From: a virus | Lineage: Duplodnaviria; Caudoviricetes | Reading direction: 5' to 3' (one strand) | DNA: 45,320 nucleotides | Virus record (IMG/VR): IMGVR_UViG_3300037657_000015 | Coordinates: 1 to 45,320 of that record | In this document: positions 35,344 to 44,127 of the stretch, piece by piece | How positions within the stretch are numbered: the stretch's first letter is position 1 | Layout of the letters: every line of letters begins with the position of its first letter | Position numbers and translations under genes: made by a program | Notes under the pieces: model-generated | The model's input: the letters and a program-made list of their open reading frames with translations, nothing else | Told to the model about the DNA's origin: nothing | The model's database searches: none

Positions 35344-36276
35344 TTATGCAGCAATGCCGGTCAGCTTTCCGTTGAGACGTCGTTCGTCAATCCAGAAGCA
35401 AGGTGCGTAAAGAATTGACTGGACTTCAGAGAACTGATTGTCCGGTTCCTGCTTAGCCTTCATGAACATGTCCGCGCCCTTGAGAACCTCATAGTGAATG
35501 GTGTCCTCATTGATGAAATACATGACGCCGGACGTGCATCCCTTGTCCTCAAGAACTGGAATGCCGTGGTACGCAAGGTCCGCGAATCCGCTGTTGCCAC
35601 GATTTGCATCTGAGATTGTCTGAATAGGAAGCAACAGATTCTCATAGATTACGGATGCATCATCAGTTGTCATAATGACTGTTGGCTTGCGATTGCCAAT
35701 CGTAATGGTACGCAGCATAGTGGACATTGCACCAAGCGTAAGCGTTGTTGCCGCTGTTTCCGTCGATGCCCACTGTGTGATTGTTGCCGGGTCAACGCCG
35801 CCATATGCGGCAGTGGCGTCAATTGCCGTGGCCAACCCGACCAACTGGCGCACACCTGTTCCAGTCTGAATGCCTGTGCCAGAGAAGATATTCGCTGAAA
35901 CAGCGTCATTAAGGGACAGTGAAGCGCTCTTGAATTCATCTGCAATCATGTCGAGAATGCGCGTTGGGCCGCCCTGGTTAATCAGAATGTCAAACTTGAA
36001 AAGCTCAATGCTCGCCTGGTATGTAGCCCAATCGAATTCCGATTCCCGGCGCTTTTCATTGTTTGTGATGGAATGGGGCGAGTACGGATTGATAGCGCCC
36101 GCGTTATCAAGCTTGTCGTATCCAATCGGCTGCTTGATAGCCAAACCACCAGGACGGATTTTCTTTTTCGTCATTACGCGCTCAAGAAAACGGTTGTTTA
36201 CATGGAACTGGTCTCGCAGAATTTTCATATGCACTGCGATAGTGTCGGTCAAAAGCTGTGTGGTTTCTGCTGACAT
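35344..36276 (-). CDS. Major capsid protein (HK97 fold)
   Basis: Follows the scaffold gene. GG..I..PI.Y, FDW..Y, IFSGTG...LVGL, GF..L.YHGIPV..D and MYFIN motifs. Confidence 0.9.
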   Translation of the reverse strand: MSAETTQLLTDTIAVHMKILRDQFHVNNRFLERVMTKKKIRPGGLAIKQPIGYDKLDNAGAINPYSPHSITNNEKRRESEFDWATYQASIELFKFDILINQGGPTRILDMIADEFKSASLSLNDAVSANIFSGTGIQTGTGVRQLVGLATAIDATAAYGGVDPATITQWASTETAATTLTLGAMSTMLRTITIGNRKPTVIMTTDDASVIYENLLLPIQTISDANRGNSGFADLAYHGIPVLEDKGCTSGVMYFINEDTIHYEVLKGADMFMKAKQEPDNQFSEVQSILYAPCFWIDERRLNGKLTGIAA

Positions 36277-36312
36277 TTTCTTAATCCTTTCTCACCAACA
36301 ACATGCGACACG

Positions 36313-37269
36313 TTAAATAAGACCATGCTGTGAGGCAAGCCACTGCGATGCCTGTTCGTGCGCGTTCTTTCCTCTAAACACCGGCATTTGCCCGTTCCCA
36401 TTGGGAACCGGTTTGACGCCAGATGATGGTGTTCGCGATACAACACCATCAGCACGATCTTTTTGCAGTTTCGCAATGTCTGCCTGTAGCCGTCGATCAT
36501 AAAACTTTTCGCTGAAAAGAGTTTGCCCGGCCATTCTGAACGCATTAGGGTTAGTCATGTCAAGACGCTCTGAATGCATGAAGCTAATCATTTCATGGAT
36601 CTCCTCTGGGGCCATGTTGCGCCCCATTGACTGACTAAATTCCTGTTCATATACACCGCTTGCGTCAAGAGCGGCTTTGTGGGCCTGTTGCGTTTGATAA
36701 CTCTTAACAACTCCATTAACCTCTCTAAGTTGATCGACGAGGCTGTTTACCGTGTTTGCAAGTTGCGGTTCATAAATTTTAGAGTCCAGCCTCAACCCAT
36801 CATATGGGTCTGTGGGAGGCTGTTGTGGTTGTACGTTTTGGTTCTGGTACTGATTCGGGTATACTGGAACGCGCTCCCCGCGAGCGCGCGCTTGGACAAT
36901 TTGTAACAGGTCGCTATTCGCTGGATCGTCAAGGACACTTGAAATGCCATGGAACCTTTCAACCTGTTCGCCCAAAGCCTTGCGTTCATCAGACAGAGCC
37001 GTGGTTTTCTTGGTGTAATCGTATCCCATCTGGGCGTAATTAACCAATTCATCCTGTGTAACTTCAAGCTCTTGTCCATTGTGTTTAATGCGGAATTTCT
37101 GCGGTTCTACTGCTGTTTCACCCTGTGCTGCTTGGCCGGCAACGTCCTGCTGTGAAGTCTGATCAGCCCCTAATCCAAGAATATCTCTCACATCTGGATC
37201 CGGGATACTATCACCTATCACACCATTACGAACGTCAATGTCTGCGGCTGCTGTTACGGGTTCGTCCAT
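36313..37269 (-). CDS. Scaffolding protein
   Basis: KHNGQELEVTQDELVNYAQMGYDYTKKT..LS.ERK motif. Lies between portal and MCP. Confidence 0.88.
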   Translation of the reverse strand: MDEPVTAAADIDVRNGVIGDSIPDPDVRDILGLGADQTSQQDVAGQAAQGETAVEPQKFRIKHNGQELEVTQDELVNYAQMGYDYTKKTTALSDERKALGEQVERFHGISSVLDDPANSDLLQIVQARARGERVPVYPNQYQNQNVQPQQPPTDPYDGLRLDSKIYEPQLANTVNSLVDQLREVNGVVKSYQTQQAHKAALDASGVYEQEFSQSMGRNMAPEEIHEMISFMHSERLDMTNPNAFRMAGQTLFSEKFYDRRLQADIAKLQKDRADGVVSRTPSSGVKPVPNGNGQMPVFRGKNAHEQASQWLASQHGLI

Positions 37270-37336
37270 TTTTCTGCCTCTTTCTTTTGCGCTGCTCTTG
37301 GCTTGGCGCAATAACTTATTTGAAAATGAAGCTCCG

Positions 37337-39391
37337 CTATTCCTTCTTGCGGTTGGCTCCTAACTGCGCTACTTTGTTATCAGCTTTCAATGTGGTTATC
37401 ACAGCATTCAACTTGGCTTCTCCTGCCTCGTTTTCTGCTTCATCAGCCTTTCCTTCAAGCTGTTTATTTTCCGATTCAAGCTGCTTAATGTATTTTGTTC
37501 CCTGCTCTATAATCTGTTCGCTTTCCTGGACCTTCTGCTTGAGTTGATTCATCATGCTCATTTCCTGCATGGCTTCTTGGATGTTCGGCCAGTCAAGCGA
37601 CTTTAAAAGCGTCTCCGGTCCAAGCACGCCATCTTTAAACAACTGTATGGCTGTAGCCGCACGAGAAGGTTTGTCTGCCGGAAGCGTCGAATTGCTCTTT
37701 ACATTTACCTTGAAAACAAGATCGATATCCTTTGGGAACCCCCCAATATTAAGAACAGAAGGTTGGCCAGTGTCTGGATTTGAATATGAATATTTTCTGC
37801 TTAGTGAGTTGTGTTGCAGAATGCGAGCTATGCACATTTCTCCGATTTCAGATATGAACCGCTCGAAGTTCCTAATAACCGGCCTCAATCGCGTGAAGTC
37901 TGAATCCTTGAGTGATAACGCAATCCCAACTTTATCAAGCCCTGGAGTGCGCTCACCACGCGACATGTCATGCAATCCGCTTTCCATGTCTATTGTAGAC
38001 CGGAACATTGAAAGCATTTGAAAATAGTCGTTAGGAAGCGGAGGCGGTGTCTCCATTTTAGGAGCTGTCTTTGTGTATGTAATAACTTCCCATGGCTTGT
38101 TTGACAGTTTCTTACCAGATGTTAATGAACCATGTTGAACCATCCATTTTGAATTAGCGCCATTGTAATGGTCAATCATTTGACACATAAGGCGATTCCA
38201 CGCCCTTTGTGACTTGTGATGCGCCTCGTACTCCCCGACGCCCCAGAATTGACCAGGGACCGTATTTGCGCGGAATATAGCGTATGGGAACTTGCCATCC
38301 TTGTTCGGGTTCTTATCGTCAAACAGAACAACATTGTTGCTCCATATGATAAGCCGTCCATTCGGATACTTTTTACGCACAACTGTTTCTGTCTCTACTT
38401 CACCAGTAAGCGGGTCAATTACTGCATCCCCTTGTTCATCAAGCACTGGCTCTTCAACGGATATCGTTTCATTGTCTTTGATGTACATGCGATAAACCAT
38501 CGCACGTTCAAGAGCATATTGGCCTACGCTGCCAGTACGCTTTGTGTCTCTGTATACAGCACCAGTTGAACTAACTGCCCCGTTTCCAAAGGTACTACCG
38601 GTCCCCTCTGCATCATTATTCTCTATTTCTTTGTCATATCTGATTTCACTAAAGTCTTCCTCTGGTGCAACAAACTTTCCCTTTTCTTCAAATTCCTGAT
38701 CAATATTGTCAAGGCGCATTACACTTGCTTCAATGCACCCATCAGCATCTTGAAAACATTCTCCAGAGCGCGGGAATATGTAAAAACAATATGGCGATAT
38801 CCTTTGTCCAGACACATCGCCAAACGGGAAATCCTTTTCACTATCGTAACCTATTTTTATGATACCAATGCCATAGGTGAACGCATCAATAGCAGCGGAT
38901 TCAACTGTTTCCTCAAGGTTCCAATGATACCATCCATAGTCCTCAAGTAGAATCTTTAGCTTTTCAACGTCCTCATAACCTATCTGTATTGTTTCACCGG
39001 ATTTTTCATCAACTGATGCAATTGGCAACTCTTTTGTCGGAGACACATTATACATTGGCCTGTTGTCTGTTACCAACGCTGCCTTGTGTCTCACGTTAGC
39101 AAACAGGATATTCCCTGTATAATCACTCATTTCCTTTGGTTTTGCACGTTCCCATTGGATATTCTCATGAATGAATTCATGTGCCCTGTCCCAAATAGCT
39201 TCCTTCTTCTTGCGCGCTTCCTTACATGCCGAAAGCATCATGTTGAGTTTTACAAGTTGCTTTTCTTCTGCCGGAGTTGGAACATAAACAGGACGAGGAG
39301 CCTCTTCTTCAATTGAAAGAACGGACTTAATCTTAGAGACAGCCTTACCCAAGATAGACTTAGAAGGTTGTTTGAGTTCACCGACTTCCAA
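37337..39391 (-). CDS. Portal protein (P22-like)
   Basis: 684 aa with GIGIIK, ISPYCFY, YPNGR, FPY, FWG.G, SG.HD..RG and STLP motifs and a C-terminal coiled barrel. Confidence 0.88.
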   Translation of the reverse strand: MEVGELKQPSKSILGKAVSKIKSVLSIEEEAPRPVYVPTPAEEKQLVKLNMMLSACKEARKKKEAIWDRAHEFIHENIQWERAKPKEMSDYTGNILFANVRHKAALVTDNRPMYNVSPTKELPIASVDEKSGETIQIGYEDVEKLKILLEDYGWYHWNLEETVESAAIDAFTYGIGIIKIGYDSEKDFPFGDVSGQRISPYCFYIFPRSGECFQDADGCIEASVMRLDNIDQEFEEKGKFVAPEEDFSEIRYDKEIENNDAEGTGSTFGNGAVSSTGAVYRDTKRTGSVGQYALERAMVYRMYIKDNETISVEEPVLDEQGDAVIDPLTGEVETETVVRKKYPNGRLIIWSNNVVLFDDKNPNKDGKFPYAIFRANTVPGQFWGVGEYEAHHKSQRAWNRLMCQMIDHYNGANSKWMVQHGSLTSGKKLSNKPWEVITYTKTAPKMETPPPLPNDYFQMLSMFRSTIDMESGLHDMSRGERTPGLDKVGIALSLKDSDFTRLRPVIRNFERFISEIGEMCIARILQHNSLSRKYSYSNPDTGQPSVLNIGGFPKDIDLVFKVNVKSNSTLPADKPSRAATAIQLFKDGVLGPETLLKSLDWPNIQEAMQEMSMMNQLKQKVQESEQIIEQGTKYIKQLESENKQLEGKADEAENEAGEAKLNAVITTLKADNKVAQLGANRKKE

Positions 39392-39662
39392 TTATTTCAA
39401 ACCCCCTGGCCGCGCATTTGCGCTCCGTATCCTTCACACCAAAACACCATTCTCCAAGTCCGTGATTGAAATAACCTTTTTCACGGTGTCCTGTGTCCGG
39501 ATTGACTCTCCATTGCACATCCTCGTCCCTGCGGTCTTTTGGTACAAGAGATTGCACCCCAATTGTTGGGCATGTTTCTCCGCTGATGCCGGGTATAAAA
39601 TCAGAGTCAGCACATCCGTTAGGGCAGTCCCTGATATATCCATGTTTGCAAAAAATACCCAT
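39378..39662 (-). CDS. Hypothetical Cys-containing protein upstream of the portal
   Basis: CKHG..CP and YFNHGLG motifs. Operon position. Confidence 0.65.
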   Translation of the reverse strand: MGIFCKHGYIRDCPNGCADSDFIPGISGETCPTIGVQSLVPKDRRDEDVQWRVNPDTGHREKGYFNHGLGEWCFGVKDTERKCAARGFEIIGSR

Positions 39663-39673
39663 GTTTCACCCTG

Positions 39674-40921
39674 TTAATCAGTTAGATATGTACAATGAAA
39701 ATATCCAGTCCATGCCGTATCTGCTGGTGCTAATGTTGCAGCTCCACCACCAACAGGAGTCTGCCAAAACCGCATGGCCGATATTGTATAAATTGTCGAT
39801 GTCATTATGTTGTTTGCTGAAAGCGCATAGTCACTTATATACCCAATCGAACAAGCACCAGCAAGCGTACTTGAAGGAGCAACAGGCAATGTAACATATG
39901 ATCCGCCTGTGGGTGTTACAGCACATCCAGTAACAGTAACCATAATTGTTGCGTGTACCACATTCCCAATTACCGTATAGGTACCTGTAGCCGTGGTACC
40001 AGTAGCACAATCACCAGCTGTTACGCCGTCATACGCAGGAGTCCACGTTCCTTCATCATAGAAATCAAGCGTGTCGCTTGCTGTGTCGAATGTTAATCCG
40101 CTGCTGAACGTGCTAAGACCGCCCATTGTTAATGTTCCGCTTGCAGCTATGTTCCCATTAGTTGAAATGCTGCCGGAAGCGAACAGTCCAACGGCAATGG
40201 TGCTCGATGCGATGTTTCCAAGATTCGAATATGAAACATTCGTTCCAAGCGCCAACCCGCCGTATTTGCTCATTACAGCCACTGGCGTATCAACTCCGCT
40301 TATTCCCGTTGACCATTGAGCGTGATTGCCCGCCGCCGCACCATCAGATTTATCAATGGAACTTTTAAACACATAAGAAGTGAATCCGTACTTTAATGCA
40401 TGGGCGTCAATAATGTACTTTGCAGCACTTATACTGTTTGTCTGTACCTGTATCCCGGGTCCATCACCGGTGCCGCTAAACCTTCCAGCAAGTCCAGTTG
40501 ATGTATTGAATGCATCAAGAGCGTAGAACGCTGATGCATTCTCTAAACCCAAAGTAGATGAAGAACCAGCTTGCTTAATGTATGCGGCATTAGCTGATGT
40601 ATTTGCATTAATATCAAGTGCGCGCGCAGTTCCTGCAACACCACCAGAAGGAGATATGTATATTGGTGCAAGACTGGTTAGCTTATCAGGTTGAGTCACA
40701 GTCTCAAGCAGCTTAACAGTCTCTGACGCGTTAAATGTAAGTGGCTGGCCAGCCGCCGTAATCGACAATCCCGCAGCTTCAATGGGCACCGTAGCCGTGG
40801 CCCCACGGCTTGCCACATCAGCAAGCGTGTCACTCGATGCACCGCTGCTACTTCCACTGTCAGCATGCGCTACACAACCACAAAGCATAATCGCAATTGT
40901 AATTAGAAGAAGTTTTTTCAT
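39674..40921 (-). CDS. Tail fibre-like protein with N-terminal signal peptide
   Basis: MKKLLLITIAIMLCGCVAHA|D, then TLADVASRGA and a C-terminal DFYDEGTWTP...GTYTVIGNVV...TLPV fibre-tip domain. Confidence 0.72.
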   Translation of the reverse strand: MKKLLLITIAIMLCGCVAHADSGSSSGASSDTLADVASRGATATVPIEAAGLSITAAGQPLTFNASETVKLLETVTQPDKLTSLAPIYISPSGGVAGTARALDINANTSANAAYIKQAGSSSTLGLENASAFYALDAFNTSTGLAGRFSGTGDGPGIQVQTNSISAAKYIIDAHALKYGFTSYVFKSSIDKSDGAAAGNHAQWSTGISGVDTPVAVMSKYGGLALGTNVSYSNLGNIASSTIAVGLFASGSISTNGNIAASGTLTMGGLSTFSSGLTFDTASDTLDFYDEGTWTPAYDGVTAGDCATGTTATGTYTVIGNVVHATIMVTVTGCAVTPTGGSYVTLPVAPSSTLAGACSIGYISDYALSANNIMTSTIYTISAMRFWQTPVGGGAATLAPADTAWTGYFHCTYLTD

Positions 40922-41568
40922 TAACGTCTCCGTCCTTCCCCAAACACATTCGCAGCAGCACCCGAATCAAAGTTGTACAGGGAAACTTCAGTTGCCCATA
41001 TCTTTTCAAAACAATGGAATCCACCCGCAGATACCGGGAACCCATTCGTGGCGCTTGCCTGTCCATGCGTTGCCGGCGCACGCACAACAGTCACATAATT
41101 CGCACCAGTATTGTAAATGCAAAGAGTTGATACCGGCGCACTAAACGTCATTGTAGCCACGCTCGATGTCGCAGGACTCGTGTATTCATACTCAAGACCG
41201 GTGTCAGATTCAATGTACATGGTCCCACTCGCAAGCGATGTAATCGTCGTAATAGAGGAAATGGTACCAGTAGACACGTTGACCATCAAATTGCCGGAGG
41301 CGTCAATCAAGGCGGTCTCTGACCCATCATTTATGGTCACTGTACCACTCGCAAGGTTCGCAACATACGTAACCGTGGCAATCTCACTCAGAATCAACTT
41401 GCCATCATCGTCCGTAAGCACATTCCGCACTTCATCACTGACATTCGACCCCAACATCGACGTTACCCGGTTCGCATCCCTGTTGGCAATATCATCCGCT
41501 GCCACGGCCCCAATAGATAAAAAGGCCGTGAACGCCATAATAGACACAAATAAAAGGATTTTATTCAT
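40921..41568 (-). CDS. Virion-like beta protein with N-terminal signal peptide
   Basis: MNKILLFVSIMAFTAFLSIGAVA|A, RDANRV motif and a C-terminal jelly-roll-like region. GGAGAAGG RBS before ATG 41568. Confidence 0.7.
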   Translation of the reverse strand: MNKILLFVSIMAFTAFLSIGAVAADDIANRDANRVTSMLGSNVSDEVRNVLTDDDGKLILSEIATVTYVANLASGTVTINDGSETALIDASGNLMVNVSTGTISSITTITSLASGTMYIESDTGLEYEYTSPATSSVATMTFSAPVSTLCIYNTGANYVTVVRAPATHGQASATNGFPVSAGGFHCFEKIWATEVSLYNFDSGAAANVFGEGRRR

Positions 41569-41738
41569 ACCCTTCTCCAATCTGCAAGACTGCATTTTGT
41601 TTTTTCAATGTAATCGTCCGGCCCGTTCTCGTCGTTAAACGATAGATACCCCAAAATCGTAAGACGGCGCACAAATTCCTCGACGCTTATGCCGAGATTC
41701 TCTGCCGCCGTCTTGATCTTGCACTTTGTGTTGGCCAA
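41565..41738 (-). CDS. Small HTH-like protein (57 aa, not in ORF track)
   Basis: TTG start with GAAGG RBS. Sequence begins MANTKCKIKTAAENLGISVEEFVRRLTILGYL. Its stop overlaps the next ATG (ATGA). Confidence 0.6.
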   Translation of the reverse strand: MANTKCKIKTAAENLGISVEEFVRRLTILGYLSFNDENGPDDYIEKTKCSLADWRRV

Positions 41739-41766
41739 GTGTATACCTTCTTATACAGATGATTCC

Positions 41767-41795
41767 ATCGTATATTATTTTATACACTCTGTCAA
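41767..41795 (-). promoter_or_regulatory. Sigma70-type late promoter with operator in the spacer
   Basis: Minus-strand TTGACA (41795-41790), 17-nt spacer, TACGAT (41772-41767). Confidence 0.65.
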
Positions 41796-41813
41796 GCTGT
41801 AATTAAAAAAAAA

Positions 41814-43364
41814 TTAGTGGATAGTCGATCCTGTCGGGTTTTCGTACCAGTCCGCTTTGCCATCCTCACCATTTCTATTCTTAAGTGAATCAAAATATTT
41901 GCCTAATTCGTTTGATTCTTCACCTTTTTCCTGTTTATTCGGGACACACCACATCTTTACTTGATATGCCGCAGCATCCGCGACGTCCGGGTGCGATCCT
42001 TCCCCTAACCACAACAGTTCTTCCTCCAACGGGTCACACGCCCCACGCCTATGCCAAATGTTGCCACGCTGATACCTCGGCTGCAAACCCCGAATCCTGT
42101 CAATCTTGCTCTGCTGCTTCGGTTTAAGCTCCTCCAACGGGAAAAATACCTGCGTCTGCTGCATCCTCCTGTCAAATTCATCCACAAGCATCTCCTGGAA
42201 CCCTATAGCTTCAACCCCAACATCGACATAATGAACATTCGGCATCTCACTGTATTTAGAAACTAACTCAAAAACCCTGTCCACCGTGTCCTTAGGTGAA
42301 AATTGACCCCTCAGCACACAATCAAACAGCACTTCACCTCTCTGATTCACTAACCCGACAACTATCCCAGTATTGTGCCGGCCCTTTAGTTTCGATATCG
42401 CCGGGTCAACCGTTATGTAACAGTTGTACACGTCCTGGCTCGATAACCTGTCATAATGACTAAACCATTCTTCCTTGAAATCTTCCTTGTCACTGTCCCT
42501 CGGCTCATTCATGTACTGACACGAAAACATATACCCGCCCATCTCTCGCCTAAGAGACTCGATATAGTCAAGCTTGAACCGCTCCGGATATATAATCCTG
42601 TCATCCTCAATAACTTTCCGTACAACCTTCAACTGGAACTCCTGTGAAAGGTTCTTCAATATGTATCCGTATAAATCCTTCTTGTGCCAACGTGTCCCAA
42701 TAACCACCATCCGCCCATTCGGGTCAAGCTGCGGCAATGCCTGCTTGTAAAAGTTAATAACCTTCTGTATCTGCTCCGGCGTACTGATATTCGACAAGTT
42801 AACCAAATCATCAAATATCATCAGGTCATAATGATACCCTGTCTTCAACCCTCCAATCCCGCACGTGTCTACCGTAGGCTCTTTAATACTCGGATTTCGA
42901 CGCCGTGAAACCATTATCTCAGAATCAGTCCACTTCGTCCCAACCATGTCTCCATATATCTCTGTTATGGATGGATGAATTAAGAAGTTCTTAACTGTTC
43001 TTAGAAAGGCTTGGGCCTTCTCAGCAGTCTCCGATCCTATCAAAATCCGAGTATCAAAGTTCCTAAGGATCTCCTGCACCACAAACGTTGAATTGCAAAA
43101 CGTACTCTTAAGATGATCCCTCGGCACCAATATTAATGCCTTCTTCCAATCAGGCATCATCATCATTTCACTTAATTCACTGTGTATCTCACCTAACCAA
43201 TTATTCTCAAGCACCTCTCTCCCTAAATAAAATAAATCACTCTCTATCATCCCCTTCGTGGCCCGCACGTCCTTCGACTCAAATCCCCACGCTATCTCAG
43301 CACCACTTATAAACCTGTCAAGTAAACTAAGATATAACGACGGCTTCCGCTCCACTTCTACCAT
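41814..43364 (-). CDS. terL: Terminase large subunit
   Basis: Walker A PRDHLKST, Walker B LMIFDD, GTRWH, QYMNEP and nuclease motifs TVDPA and HPDVADA. Confidence 0.95.
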   Translation of the reverse strand: MVEVERKPSLYLSLLDRFISGAEIAWGFESKDVRATKGMIESDLFYLGREVLENNWLGEIHSELSEMMMMPDWKKALILVPRDHLKSTFCNSTFVVQEILRNFDTRILIGSETAEKAQAFLRTVKNFLIHPSITEIYGDMVGTKWTDSEIMVSRRRNPSIKEPTVDTCGIGGLKTGYHYDLMIFDDLVNLSNISTPEQIQKVINFYKQALPQLDPNGRMVVIGTRWHKKDLYGYILKNLSQEFQLKVVRKVIEDDRIIYPERFKLDYIESLRREMGGYMFSCQYMNEPRDSDKEDFKEEWFSHYDRLSSQDVYNCYITVDPAISKLKGRHNTGIVVGLVNQRGEVLFDCVLRGQFSPKDTVDRVFELVSKYSEMPNVHYVDVGVEAIGFQEMLVDEFDRRMQQTQVFFPLEELKPKQQSKIDRIRGLQPRYQRGNIWHRRGACDPLEEELLWLGEGSHPDVADAAAYQVKMWCVPNKQEKGEESNELGKYFDSLKNRNGEDGKADWYENPTGSTIH

Positions 43365-43819
43365 TGGCCACCACTCCCATACGCCACCCGCAAATCATTC
43401 AATATCGCTTCCAATACTCCCTTGTCCTTCACATGCCGCGATATCGAATCCAACGCCTCCTGGATGAACGCCTTGCACTGCTTCGCATTCCACTTCATCT
43501 CAAGTATCTTCGCTTCCTCAGACATCAATTCCTTCAACTTCGGCGCTATCACAGCACTCACCTTCGCCGCATTCATCGTGTGATACTTGTTGAACGGCGT
43601 GAACTCTAAATCACACGCCGTACATACTATCGTTGTCTGAAACTCGTTCGCACACTTCGGACACCGGAAATTCGGATTCTCCATCTCTTTCAACATACTA
43701 TCGTAAATATCAAACAATCCCTGCTTTAACCCCGTTATGTCCATGCTCTCTACTACTTCAACCGTTGACCCAGCACCCGTCCCATGCTTCACTATCATCT
43801 CCGGCTTGCTCTTACCCAC
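43358..43819 (-). CDS. Putative terminase small subunit with Zn ribbon
   Basis: Overlaps the terL start. CPKC...CTAC followed by a helical C-terminus. Assigned by synteny. Confidence 0.5.
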   Translation of the reverse strand: MGKSKPEMIVKHGTGAGSTVEVVESMDITGLKQGLFDIYDSMLKEMENPNFRCPKCANEFQTTIVCTACDLEFTPFNKYHTMNAAKVSAVIAPKLKELMSEEAKILEMKWNAKQCKAFIQEALDSISRHVKDKGVLEAILNDLRVAYGSGGQW

Positions 43820-44069
43820 TATACACTACCCCCTCTCTACCACGCCGAATCGTTACCACCTTCTTCGGCGCAGCATACGATTTCCTGTCCTCTACCACTC
43901 TACCCATAGTCTCCTCAGACATTAAACCCCTCATCCCAACCGAACTCTCTCCCATATGCCTCGCAATCGTCTTCCTACCACTAAACTCACTGTAAATACG
44001 TACATGCTCCTCAGCAATAAGCTTCAATGTTCCCAATATCCGTAACGTGACCTCAAGGGTTTTGTCCAT
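43812..44069 (-). CDS. Hypothetical protein, first gene of the late arm
   Basis: ATG 44069 lies just downstream of the promoter -10. Overlaps the next gene. Confidence 0.55.
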   Translation of the reverse strand: MDKTLEVTLRILGTLKLIAEEHVRIYSEFSGRKTIARHMGESSVGMRGLMSEETMGRVVEDRKSYAAPKKVVTIRRGREGVVYSG

Positions 44070-44075
44070 GCCACA

Positions 44076-44105
44076 ATAATAGTCTATTTTTTTATACACT
44101 GTCAA
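44076..44105 (-). promoter_or_regulatory. Sigma70-type promoter for the packaging operon
   Basis: Minus-strand TTGACA (44105-44100), 18-nt spacer, TATTAT (44081-44076). Confidence 0.6.
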
Positions 44106-44107
44106 GC

Positions 44108-44127
44108 GTGTATATTATTTTATACAC
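44108..44127. promoter_or_regulatory. Palindromic operator GTGTATA-N6-TATACAC (perfect copy)
   Basis: Near-copies at 41739-41758, 41768-41787, 44331-44350 and 44794-44813; half-match at 44080-44099. Confidence 0.7.

Noticed and set aside
39674-40921. Diversity-generating retroelement targeting the fibre tip
   Set aside because: I saw no reverse transcriptase and no template/variable repeat pair differing at adenines.
20769-44069. Stop-codon reassignment
   Set aside because: All major genes are intact and densely packed under the standard bacterial code.
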